DNA from: Heptranchias perlo
Lineage: Eukaryota
Length of the DNA: 64,000 nt
Assembly (NCBI RefSeq): GCF_035084215.1
Contig: NW_027139612.1
Span: forward strand, 5,828,001-5,892,000
Direction: 5' to 3'
The translations under genes were made by a program, and so were the position numbers. Under the pieces are notes generated by a model. The model was not told the origin of the DNA. It was given only the letters and a program-made list of their open reading frames with translations, and did no database searches. Positions within the stretch are counted from its first letter, which is position 1, and every line of letters starts with the position of its first letter. Shown here in pieces: positions 51,701 through 64,000 of the stretch.

Positions 51701-54700
51701 ACTGCGGGCACACGTGATTGCGTCCGCATATCTGAGGGCACACGTGTTTGCGTCCGCACATCCGCGGGCACACGTGTTTGCGTCCACACGTCCGCAGGCA
51801 CACGTGTTTGCGTCCGCAGATCTGCACGCACACGTGTTTGCGTCCTCACATCTGCGGGCACATATGTTTGCGTCCGCACATCTGCAGTCACACGTGTTTG
51901 CGTCCGCAGATCTGCACGCACACGTGCTTGCGTCCGCACATCTGCGGGCCCACGTGTTTGCATCCGCACATCTGCTGGCACACGTGTTTGCGTCCGCACA
52001 TCTGCGGGCACACGTGTTTGCGTCCGCACATCTGCGGGCACACGTGTTTGCATCCGCACATCTGCTGGCACACGTGTTTGCATCCGCACATCTGCGGGCA
52101 CACGTGTTTGCGTCCGCACATCTGTGGGAAATTGTGTTTGCGTCCGCACATCTGATTGCACACGTGTTTGCCTTCGCACATCTGCGGGCACATGTGTTTG
52201 CGTACGCACATCTGCGGGCATACGTGTTTGCGTCCGCACATCTGCGGGCACCCGTGTTTGCGTCGGCACATCTGCGGGCACCCGTGTTTGCGTCCGCACA
52301 TCTGCGGGCACAAGTTTTTGCGTCCGCACATCTGCGGGCACACGTTTTTACGTCCGCACGTCTGCAGGCACACATTTTTGCGTCGGCAGATCTGCACGCA
52401 CACGTGTTTGCGTCCTCACTTCTGCGGGCACACGTGTTTGCGTCCGCACATCTGCGGGCACACGTGTTTCCGTCAGCACATCTGCGGGCAGACGTGATTG
52501 CGTCCGCAAATCTGCCAGTACACGTGATTGCCTTCGCACATCTGCGGGCTTTACGTGTTTGCGTCCGCACATCTGCGGGCACACGTGTTTGCGTCCGCAC
52601 ATCTGCGGGCACACGTGTTTGCGTCTTCACATCTGCTAGCACACGTGTTTGCGTCCGCACATCTGCGGGCACGCGTGTTTGCGTCCGCACATCTGCTGGC
52701 ACACGTGTTTGCGTCCTCACATCTGCGGGTGCACGTGTTTGCGTCCGGACATCTGCGGGCACACGTGGTGCACCGCACATCTGCATTCACACGTGGTGCA
52801 CCGCACATCTGCATTCACACGTGTTTGAGTCCGCACATCTGCGGGCACACGTGTTTGCGTCGGCACAACTGTGGGCACACGTGATTGCGTCCGCATATCT
52901 GAGGGCACACGTGTTTGCGTCCGCACATCCGCGGACACACGTGTTTGCGGCCGCACATCTCCTGGCACACGTGTTTGCGTCCCCACATCTGCGGGCACAT
53001 ATTCTTGCGTCCGCACAGCTGCGGGCACACGTGTTTGCGTCCTCACTTCTGCGGGCACACGTGTTTGCGTCGGCACAACTGCGGGCACACGTGATTGCGT
53101 CCGCATATCTGAGGGCACACGTGTTTGCGTCCGCACATCCGCGCGCGCACGTGTTTGCGTGCACACGTCCACAGGCACACGTGTTTGCGTCCGCAGATCT
53201 GCACGCATACGTGTTTGCGTCCTCACATCTGCGGGCACACATGTTTGCGTCTGCACATCTGCAGGCACACGTGGTCGCGTTCGCACATCTGCAGTCACAC
53301 GTGTTTGCGTCCGCAGATCTGCACGCACACGAGCTTGCGTCCGCACATCTGCGGGCCCACGTGTATGCATCCGCACATCTGCTGGCACACGTGTTTGCGT
53401 CCGCACATCTGCTGGCACACGTGTTTGCATCCGCACATCTGCGGGCACATGTGTTTGCGGCCGCAGATCTGTGGGCAATTGTGTTTGCGTCCGCACATCT
53501 GATTGCACACGTGTTTCCGTTCGCACATCTGCGGGCACACGTGTTTGCGTACGCACATCTGCGGGCATACGTGTTTGCGTCCGCTCATCTGCGGGCACCC
53601 GTGTTTGCGTCGGCACATCTGCGGGCACCCGTGTTTGCGTCCGCACATCTGCGGGCACAAGTTTTTGCGTCCGCACATCTGCGGGCACACGTTTTTACGT
53701 CCGCACGTCTGCAGGCACACATTTTTGCGTCGGCAGATCTGCACGCACACGTGTTTGCATCCTCACTTCTGCGGGCACACGTGTTTGCGTACGCACATCT
53801 GCGGGCACACGTGTTTCCGTCAGAACATCTGCGGGCAGACGTGATTGCGTCCGCACATCTGCAGGCACACGTGTTTGCGTCCGCACATCTGCGGGCACAC
53901 TTGTTGGCATCCGCACATCTGTACACACGTGTTTGCGTCCGCACATCTGCACTCACACTTGTTTGCGTCCGCAGATCTGCACGCACACATGCTTGCATCC
54001 GTATATCTGCAGGCACACGTTTTTGCGTCCGCAGACCTGCACGGACACGTGTTTGCGTCCGCACATCTGCGGGCACACGTGTTTACGTCCGCACATCTGC
54101 GAGCACACGTGATTTCGTCCGCACATCTGCGGGCTTTACGTGTTTGCGTCCGCACATCTGCGGGCACACCTGTTTTCGTCCGCACATCTGCGAGCACATG
54201 TGCTGCGTCCGCAAATCTGATTGCACACGTGCTTGCGTCTGCACATCTGCGGGCACACGTGATTGCGTCCGCACATCTGCGGGTACACATGTTTGCGTCC
54301 GCACATCTGCGGGCACCCGTGAGTGCGTCGGCACATCTGCGGGCTCACGTGTTTGCGTCCGCACTTCTGCGGGCACACGTGTATGCGTCCGCACATCTGC
54401 GGGCAAACGTGTTTGCGTCCGCACGTCAGCAGGCGCACGTGTTTGCGTCCGCAGATCTGCACGCACACGGGTTTGCGTCCTCACATCTGCGGGCACACGA
54501 GTTTGCGTCCGCAAATCTGCAGGCACACGTGTTTGCGTCCGCACATCTGCGGGCACACGTGTTTGCGTCCCCACATCTGCTGGCACACGTGTTTGCATCC
54601 GCACATCTGAACGCATAGGCGTTTGCGTCCGCACATCTGCGGGCACACCTGTTTTCGTCCGCAAATCTGCGGGCACATGTGTTTGCGTCCGCACATCTGA

Positions 54701-57700
54701 TTGCACACGTGTTTGCGTCCGCGCATCTGCGGGCACACGTGTTTGCGTCAGCACATCTGCGGGTACACATGCTTGCGTCCTCACATCTGCGGGCTCACGT
54801 GTTTGCGTCCGCACATCTGCAGTCAAACGTGTTTGCGTCCGCAGATCTGCACGCACACGTGCTTGCGTCCGCACTTCTGCGGGCCCACGTGTATGCATCC
54901 GCACATCTGCTGGCACACGTGTTTGCGTCCGCACATCTGCGGGCACACGTGTTTGCGTCATCACATCTGCGGGCACACGTGTTTGCATCCGCATATCTGA
55001 ACGCACAGGTGTTTGCGTCCGCACATCTGCGGGCACACCTGTTTGCGTCCGCACATCTGCGGGCACATGTGTTTGCGTCCGCACATCTGCGGGCACACGT
55101 GTTTGCGTCCGCACATCTGCGGGTAAACGTGTTTGCGTCCGCACATCTGCGGGCACCCGTGTTTGCGTCTGCACATCTGCGGGCACATGTGTTTGCGTCC
55201 GCACATCTGATTGCACACGTGTTTGCGTCCGCACATCTGCGGGCACACGTGTTTGCGTCCGCACATCTGCGGGTAAACGAGTTTGCGTCCGCACATCTGC
55301 GGGCACCCGTGTTTGCGTCGGCACTTCTGCGGGCACCCGTGTTTGCGTCCGCACATCTGCGGGCACACGTGTTTGCGTCCGCACATCTGCGGGCACACGT
55401 TTTTGAGTCCACACGTCTGCAGGCACACCTTTTTGCGTCGGCAGATCTGCACGCACACGTGTTTGCGTCCTCACTTCTGCGGGCACACGTGTTTGCGTCC
55501 GCACATCTGCGGGCACACGTGTTTTCGTCAGCACATCTGCGGGCAGACGTGATTGCGTCCGAACATCAGCGGGCTCACGTGTTTGCGTCCGGACATCTGC
55601 GGGCACACTTGTTGGCATCCGCACATCTGTACACACGTGTTTGCGTCCGCACATCTGCACTCGCATTTGTTTGCGTCCGCAGATCTGCACGCACACATGC
55701 TTGCATCTGTATATCTGCAGGCACACGTTTTTGCGTCCGCAGACCTGCACGCACACGTGTTTGCGTCCGCACATCTGCCAGTACACGTGATTGCGTCCGC
55801 ACATCTGCGGGCTTTACGTGTTTGCGTCCGCACATCTGCGGGCACACGTGTTTGCGTCCGCACATCTGCGGGCACACGTGTTTGCGTCTTCACATCTGCT
55901 AGCACACGTGTTTGCGTCCGCACATCTGCGGGCACGCGTGTTTGCGTCCGCACATCTGCCGGCAGACGTGTTTGCGTCCTCACATCTGCGGGCGCACGTG
56001 TTTGCGTCCGGACATCTGCGGGCACACGTGGTGCACCGCACATCTGCATTCACACGTGGTGCACCTCACATCTGCATTCACACGTGTTTGAGTCCGCACA
56101 TCTGCGGGCACACGTGTTTGCGTCGGCACAACTGCGGGCACACGTGATTGCGTCCGCATATCTGAGGGCACACGTGTTTGCGTCCGCACATCCGCGGGCA
56201 CACGTGTTTGCGTCCACACGTCCGCAGGCACACGTGTTTGCGTCCGCAGATCTGCACGCACACGTGTTTGCGTCCTCACATCTGCGGGCACACATGTTTG
56301 CGTCCGCACATCTGCAGGCACACGTGTTCGCGTTCGCACATCTGCAGTCACACATGTTTGCGTCCGCAGATCTGCACGCACACGTGCTTGCGTCCGCACA
56401 TCTGCGGGCCCACGTGTATGTATCCGCACATCTGCTGGCACACGTGTTTGCGTCCGCACATCTGCGGGCACACGTGTTTGCGTCCGCACATCTGCGGGCA
56501 CACGTGTTTGCATCCGCATATCTGAACGCACAGGTTTTTGCATCCGCACATCTGCGGGCACACGTGTTTGTGTCCGCACATCTGTGGGCAATTGTGTTTG
56601 CGTCCGCACATCTGATTGTACACGTGTTTCCGTTCGCACATCTGCGGGCACACGTGTTTGCGTACGCACATCTGGGGGCACACGTGTTTGCGTCCGCACA
56701 TCTGCGGGCACCCGTGTTTGCGTCGGCACATCTGCGGGCACCCGTGTTTGCGTCCACACATCTGCGGGCACAAGTTTTTGCGTCCGCACATCTGCTGGCA
56801 CACGGTTTTACGTCCGCACGTCTGCAGGCACACATTTTTGCGTCGGCAGATCTGCACGCACACGTGTTTGCGTCCTCACTTCTGCGGGCACACGTGTTTG
56901 CGTCCGCACATCTGCGGGCACACGTGTTTCCATCAGCACATCTGCGGGCAGACGTGATTGCGTCCGCACATCTGCGGGCACACGTGTTTGCGTCCGCACA
57001 TCTGCGGGCCCACGTGATTGCGTCCGCACATCTGCTGGCACACGTGTTTGCGTCCGCACATCTGCAGGCACACATGTTTGCGTCCGCACATCTGTGGGCA
57101 CACGTGTTTGCGTCCGCACGTCTGCAGGCATACGTGTTTCCGTCCGCAGATCTGAACGCACAAGTGTTTTCATCCTCACATCTGCGGGCACACGTGTTTG
57201 CGTCCGTACATCTGCGGGCACACGTGGTGCGTCCGCACATCTGCATTCACACGTGTTTGAGTCCGCACATCTGCGGGCACACGTGTTTGCGTCGGCACAA
57301 CTGCGGGCACACGTGATTGCGTCCGCATATCTGAGGGCACACGTGTTTGCGTCTGCACATCTGCAGGCACACGTGGTCGCGTTCGCACATCTGCAGTCAC
57401 ACGTGTTTGCGTCCGCAGATCTGCACGCACACGAGCTTGCGTCCGCACATCTGCGGGCCCACGTGTATGCATCCGCACATCTGCTGGCACACGTGTTTGC
57501 GTCTGCACATCTGCGGGCATACGTGTTTGCGTCCGCACATCTGCGGGCACACGTGTGTGCATCCGCATATCTGAACGCACAGGTTTTTGCATCCGCACAT
57601 CTGCGGGCACACGTGTTTGCGTCCGCAGATCTGTGGGCAATTGTGTTTGCGTCCGCACATCTGATTGCACACGTGTTTCCGTTCGCACATCTGCGGGCAC

Positions 57701-60350
57701 ACGTGTTTGCGTACGCACATCTGCGGGCATACGTGTTTGCGTCCGCTCATCTGCGGGCACCCGTGTTTGCGTCGGCACATCTGCGGGCACCCGTGTTTGC
57801 GTCCGCACATCTGCGGGCACAAGTTTTTGCGTCCGCACATCTGCGGGCACAAGTTTTTGCGTCCGCACATCTGCGGGCACACGTTTTTACGTCCGCACGT
57901 CTGCAGGCACACATTTTTGCGTCGGCAGATCTGCACGCACACGTGTTTGCATCCGCACATCTGCAGGCACACGTGTTTGCGTCCGCACATCTGCGGGCAC
58001 ACTTGTTGGCATCCGCACATCTGTACACACGTGTTTGCGTCCGCACATCTGCACTCACACTTGTTTGCGTCCGCAGATCTGAACGCACACATGCTTGCAT
58101 CCGTATATCTGCAGGCACACGTTTTTGCGTCCGCAGACCTGCACGGACACGTGTTTGCGTCCGCACATCTGCGGGCACACGTGTTTGCGTCCGCACATCT
58201 GCGGGTACACGTGATTGCGTCCGCACATCTGCGGGCTTTACGTGTTTGCGTCCGCACATCTGCGGGCACACCTGTTTTCGTCCGCACATCTGCGAGCACA
58301 TGTGCTGCGTCCGCAAATCTGATTGCACACGTGCTTGCGTCCGCACATCTGCGGGCACACGTGATTGCGTCCGCACATCTGCGAGTACACATGTTTGCGT
58401 CCGCACATCTGCGGGCACCCGTGATTGCGTCGGCACATCTGCGGGCTCACGTGTTTGCGTCCGCACATCTGCGGGCACACGTGTATGCGTCCGCACATCT
58501 GCGGGCAAACGTGTTTGCGTCCGCACGTCCGCAGGCGCACGTGTTTGCGTCCGCAGATCTGCACGCACACGGGTTTGCGTCCTCACATCTGCGGGCACAC
58601 GAGTTTGCGTCCGCAAATCTGCAGGCACACGTGTTCGCACATCTGCGGGCCCACGTGTATGCGTCCGCACATCTGCTGGCACACGTGTTTGCGTCCGCAG
58701 ATCTGCACGCACACGTGTTTGCGTCCGCACAACTGTGGGCACACGTGTTTGCGTCCGCAGATCTGCACGCACATGTGCTTGCGTCCGCAAATCTGCAGGC
58801 ACACGTATTTCCGTCCGCACATCTGCGGGCAGACTTGATTGCGTCCGCACATCTGCGGGCAAACGTGTTTGCGTCCGCACATCTGCACTCACACTTGTTT
58901 GCGTCCGCGCATCTGCGAGTACACGTGATTGCGTCCGTACATCTGCGGGCTTTACGTTTTTGCGTCCGCACATCTGCAGGCACACGTGTTTGCGTCCGCA
59001 CATCTGCTGGCACACGTGTTTGCGTCTGCACATCTGCGGGCACTAGTGTTTGTGTCCGCACATCTGCAGGCACACGTGTTTGCGTCCGCAGATCTGAACG
59101 CACAAGTGATTTCGTCCTCACATCTGCGGGCACACGTGTTTGCGTCCGCACATCTGCGGGCACACGTGTTTGCGTCGGCACAACTGCGGGCACACGTGAT
59201 TGCGTCCGCATATCTGAGGGCACACGTGTTTGCGTCCGCACATCCGCGGGCACACGTGTTTGCGTCCACACGTCCGCAGGCACACGTGTTTGCGTCCGCA
59301 GATCTGCACGCACACGTGTTTGCGTCCTCACATCTGCGGGCACACATGTTTGCGTCCGCACATCTGCAGTCACACGTGTTTGCGTCCGCAGATCTGCACG
59401 CACACGTGCTTGCGTCCGCACATCTGCGGGCCTACGTGTTTGCATCCGCACATCTGCTGGCACACGTGTTTGCGTCCGCACATCTGCGGGCACACGTGTT
59501 TGCGTCCGCACATCTGCGGGCACACGTGTTTGCATCCGCATATCTGAACGCACAGGTTTTTGCATCCGCACATCTGCGGGCACACGTGTTTGCGTCCGCA
59601 CATCTGTGGGAAATTGTGTTTGCGTCCGCACATCTGATTGCACACGTGTTTGCCTTCGCACATCTGCGGGCACACGTGTTTGTGTACGCACATCTGCGGG
59701 CATACGTGTTTGCGTCCGCACATCTGCGGGCACCCGTGTTTGCGTCGGCACATCTGCGGGCACCCGTGTTTGCGTCCGCACATCTGCTGGCACAAGTTTT
59801 TGCGTCCGCACATCTGCGGGCACACGTTTTTACGTCCGCACGTCTGCAGGCACACATTTTTGCGTCGGCAGATCTGCACGCACACGTGTTTGCGTCCTCA
59901 CTTCTGCGGGCACACGTGTTTGCGTCCGCACATCTGCGGGCACACGTGTTTCCGTCAGCACATCTGCGGGCAGACGTGATTGCGTCCGCAAATCTGCCAG
60001 TACACGTGATTGCGTCCGCACATCTGCGGGCTTTACGTGTTTGCGTCCGCACATCTGCGGGCACACGTGTTTGCGTCCGCACATCTGCGGGCACACGTGT
60101 TTGCGTCTTCACATCTGCTAGCACACGTGCTTGCGTCCGCACATCTGCGGGCACGCGTGTTTGCGTCCGCACATCTGCTGGCACACGTGTTTGCGTCCTC
60201 ACATCTGCGGGCGAACGTGTTTGCGTCCGGACATCTGCGGGCACACGTGGTGCACCGCACATCTGCATTCACACGTGCTGCACCGCACATCTGCATTCAC
60301 ACGTGTTTGAGTCCGCACATCTGCGGGCACACGTGTTTGCGTCGGCACAA
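42800..60350 (+). repeat. Higher-order domain with ~11.3-kb super-period containing a ~3.6-kb internal duplication
   Basis: Matching ORFs 43170/54481, 43972/55283, 44242/55553, 44867/56178 (spacing 11,311) and 46414/57665, 47174/58425 (11,251); internal 46414/50033 (3,619) and 48158/51748 (3,590). Confidence 0.8.
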
Positions 60351-63300
60351 CTGTGGGCACACGTGATTGCGTCCGCATATCTGAGGGCACACGTGTTTGC
60401 GTCCGCACATCCGCGGACACACGTGTTTGCGTCCACACGTCCGCAGGCACACGTGTTTGCGTCCGCAGATCTGCACGCACACGTGTTTGCGTCCTCACGT
60501 CTGCGGGCACACATGTTTGCGTCCGCACATCTGCAGGCACACGTGTTCGCGTTCGCACATCTGCAGTCACACATGTTTGCGTCCGCAGATCTGCGCGCAC
60601 ACGTGCTTGCGTCCGCACATCTGCGGGCACACGGTTTTACATCCGCACGTCTGCAGGCACACATTTTTGCGTCGGCAGATCTGCACGCACACGTGTTTGC
60701 GTCCTCACTTCTGCGGGCACACGTGTTTGCGTCCGCACATCTGCGGGCACATATGTTTCCGTCAGCACATCTGCGGGCAGATGTGATTGCGTCCGCACAT
60801 CTGCGGGCACACGTGTTTGCGTCCGCACATCTGCGGGCCCACGTGATTGCGGCCGCACATCTGCTGGCACACGTGTTTGCGTCCGCACATCTGCGGGCAC
60901 TAGTGCTTGCGTCCGCACATCTGCAGGCACACATGTTTGCGTCCGCACATCTGCGGGCACACGTGTTTGTGTCCGCACGTCTGCAGGCATACGTGTTTCC
61001 GTCCGCAGATCTGAACGCACAAGTGTTTTCGTCCTCACATCTGCGGGCACACGTGTTTGAGTCCGCACATCTGCGGGCACACGTGGTGCGTCCGCACATC
61101 TGCATTCACACGTGTTTGAGTCCGCACATCTGCGAGCACACGTGTTTGCGTCGGCACAACTGCGGGCACACGTGATTGCGTCCGCATATCTGAGGGCACA
61201 CGTGTTTGCGTCCGCACATCCGCGGGCACACGTGTTTGCGTGCACACGTCCACAGGCACACGTGTTTGCGTCCGCAGATCTGCACGCACACGTGTTTGCG
61301 TCCTCACATCTGCGGGCACACATGTTTGCGTCTGCACATCTGCAGGCACACGTGATCGCGTTCGCACATCTGCAGTCACACGTGTTTGCGTCAGCAGATC
61401 TGCACGCACACGAGCTTGCGTCCGCACATCTGCGGGCCCACGTGTATGCATCCGCACATCTGCTGGCACACGTGTTTGCGTCCGCACATCTGCGGGCACA
61501 CGTGTTTGCGTCCGCACATCTGCGGGCACACGTGTTTGCATCCACATATCTGAACGCACAGGTTTTTGCATCCGCACATTTGCGGGCACACGTGTTTGCG
61601 TCCGCAGATCTGTGGGCAATTGTGTTTGCGTCCGCACATCTGATTGCACAAGTGTTTCCGTTCGCACATCTGCGGGCACACGTGTTTGCGTACGCACATC
61701 TGCGGGCATACGTGTTTGCGTCCGCTCATCTGCGGGCACCCGTGTTTGCGTCGGCACATCTGCGGGCACCCGTGTTTGCGTCCGCACATCTGCGGGCACA
61801 AGTTTTTGCGTCCGCACATCTGCGGGCACACGTTTTTACGTCCGCACGTCTGCAGGCACACATTTTTGCGTCGGCAGATCTGCACGCACACGTATTTGCA
61901 TCCTCACTTCTGCGGGCACACGTGTTTGCGTCCGCACATCTGCGGGCACACGTGTTTCCGTCAGCACATCTGCGGGCAGACGTGATTGCGTCCGCACATC
62001 TGCAGGCACACGTGTTTGCGTCCGCACATCTGCGGGCACACTTGTTGGCATCCGCACATCTGTACACACGTGTTTGCGTCCGCACATCTGCACTCACACT
62101 TGTTTGCGTCCGCAGATCTGCACGCACACATGCTTGCATCCGTATATCTGCAGGCACACGTTTTTGCGTCCGCAGACCTGCAGGGACACGTGTTTGCGTC
62201 CGCACATCTGCGGGCACACGTGTTTGCGTCCGCACATCTGCGAGTACACGTGATTGCGTCCGTACATCTGCGGGCTTTACCTGTTTCCGTCCGCACATCT
62301 GCGGGCACACGTGTTTGCGTCCGCACATCTGCGGGCCCAGGTGATTGCGTCCGCACATCTGCTGGCACACGTGTTTGCGTCCGCACATCTGCGGGCACAC
62401 GTGTTTGCGTCCGCACGTCTGCAGGCATACGTGTTTCCGTCCGCAGATCTGAACGCACAAGTGTTTTCGTCCTCACATCTGCGGGCACACGTGTTTGCGT
62501 CCGCACATCTGCGGGCACACGTGGTGCGTCCGCACATCTGCGGGCACACGTGGTGCGTCCGCACATCGGCATTCACACGTGTTTGCGTCCGCACATCTGC
62601 GGGCACACGTGCTTGCGTCGGCAGATCTGCGGGCACACGTGTTTGCGTCCGCCCATCTTCGGGTACACGTGTTTGCGTCCGCACATCTGCTGGCACACGT
62701 GTTTGCGTCCGCACATCTGCGGGCACACATTCTTGCGTCCGCACATCTGCGGGCACACGTGTTTGTGTCTGCACATCTGCTGGTACATGTGTTTGCGTCC
62801 GCACATCTGCGGGCACACGTGCTGCGTCCGCACATCTGCATTCACACGTGTTTGCTTTCGCACATCTGTGGGCACACGTGTTTGTGTCCGCACATCTGCT
62901 GGTACATTTGTTTGCATCCGCACATCTGCGCGCACACGTGTTTGCGTCCGCACATCTGGGGGCACACGTGTTTGCGTCCGCACATCTGCTAGCACACGTG
63001 TTTGCGTCCGCACATCTGCGGGCACACGTGTTTGCGTCCGCACATCTGAGGGCAGACGTGTTTCTGTCCGCACATCTGCTGGTACATTTGTTTGCGTCCG
63101 CACATCTGCGAGCACACGTGTTTGCGGACGCACATCTGCGGGCACACGTGTTTGCGTCCGCACATCTGCTCGCACACGTGTTTGCGTCCGCACATTTGCG
63201 GGCACACGTGTTTGTGTCCGCACATCTGCTGGCACACGTGTTTGCGTCCACACATCTGCGGGCACACGTGTTTGCGTCCGCAATCCGCAGGCGCACGTGT

Positions 63301-64000
63301 TTGCGTCCGCAGATCTGCACGCACACGTGTTTGCGTCCTCACATCTGCAGGCACACGTGTTCGCACATCTGCAGTCACACGTGTTTGCGTCCGCAGATCT
63401 GCACGCACACGTGCTTGCGTCCGCACATCTTCGACCCACGTGTATGCTTGCGCACATCTGCTGGCACACGTGTTTGCGTCCGCACATCTGCGGGCACACG
63501 TGTTTGCGTCCGCACATCTGCGGGCACACGTGTTTGCGTCCGCACATCTGCGGGCACACGTGTTTGCGTCCGCACATCTGCTAGCACACGTGTTTGCGTC
63601 CGCACATTTGCGGGCACACGTGTTTGCGTCCGCACATCTGCTGGCACACGTGTTTGCGTCCGCACATCTGCGGGCACACGTGTTTGCGTCCGCACATCTG
63701 AGGGCAGACGTGTTTCTGTCCGCACATCTGCTGGTACATTTGTTTGCGTCCGCACATCTGCGAGCACACGTGTTTGCGGACGCACATCTGCGGACACACG
63801 TGTTTGCGTCCGCACATCTGCTTGCACACGTGTTTGCGTCCGCACATTTGCGGGCACACGTGTTTGCGTCCGCACATCTGCTGGCACACGTGTTTGCGTC
63901 CACACATCTGCGGGCACACGTGTTTGCGTCCGCAATCCGCAGGCGCACGTGTTTGCGTCCGCAGATCTGCACGCACACGTTTTTGCGTCCTCACATCTGC

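Larger units (their letters stand above)
13828..64000 (+). repeat. 30-bp GC/CpG-rich satellite array, consensus CACATCTGCGGGCACACGTGTTTGCGTCCG, ~1,670 monomers, single orientation, runs off the window end
   Basis: Uninterrupted tandem 30-mers with 0-4 substitutions each and occasional 24-, 28-, 29- and 31-bp monomers; no inserted foreign sequence or inversion noticed by eye. Confidence 0.98.

Noticed and set aside
13481-63994. Very long ORFs on both strands (up to 2,491 aa; [50 protein letters not shown] repeats) suggesting a giant repeat or Cys/His metal-binding protein
   Set aside because: The 30-bp monomer has no stop in any of six frames. On the plus strand, the [10 protein letters not shown] frame has no codon one substitution from a stop, the RTSAG frame has one (TGC) and the [10 protein letters not shown] frame has three. 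This matches the observed ORF lengths under neutral change. Frameshifting 28/29/31-mers are tolerated throughout.
13828-64000. CENP-B box-like motif T(C/T)CG-CACATCTG-CGGG
   Set aside because: The canonical box needs TTCG-N4-A-N2-CGGG (7-nt spacer); here the spacer is 8 nt and the consensus has TCCG
13828-64000. CRISPR array (30-bp partly palindromic repeats)
   Set aside because: No unique spacers, no cas genes, and vertebrate context

Overview
Vertebrate genomic DNA, most likely a cartilaginous fish. This is inferred from the GPR139-like receptor exon and the shark-type CR1 LINE fragments and minisatellites. Bases 733-1637 are the large terminal coding exon of an intact-looking rhodopsin-class GPR139/142-like GPCR whose first exon is not seen in the window. 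Next come a GA-rich tract, a dense cluster of YY1-type motifs plus an ETS motif (~4.3-4.6 kb) and three short exon-like segments (5.2-5.7 kb). From 5.7 to 13.8 kb is a mosaic of CR1 fragments alternating with three minisatellite families: ~19 bp, 42 bp (matching the CR1 3' end, in two oppositely oriented arrays) and 67 bp. From ~13,828 to the window end (>50 kb, ~1,670 monomers) runs a single-orientation 30-bp satellite, consensus CACATCTGCGGGCACACGTGTTTGCGTCCG, that begins abruptly inside a CR1 reverse-transcriptase fragment. The monomer is 63% GC with 4 CpGs, is a degenerate palindrome with an E-box at each dyad axis, and is organised in nested higher-order repeats (about 0.65, 1.56, 1.58, 2.8, 3.6 and 11.3 kb). 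The very long ORFs in the satellite are an artefact of a stop-free monomer whose length is divisible by 3.
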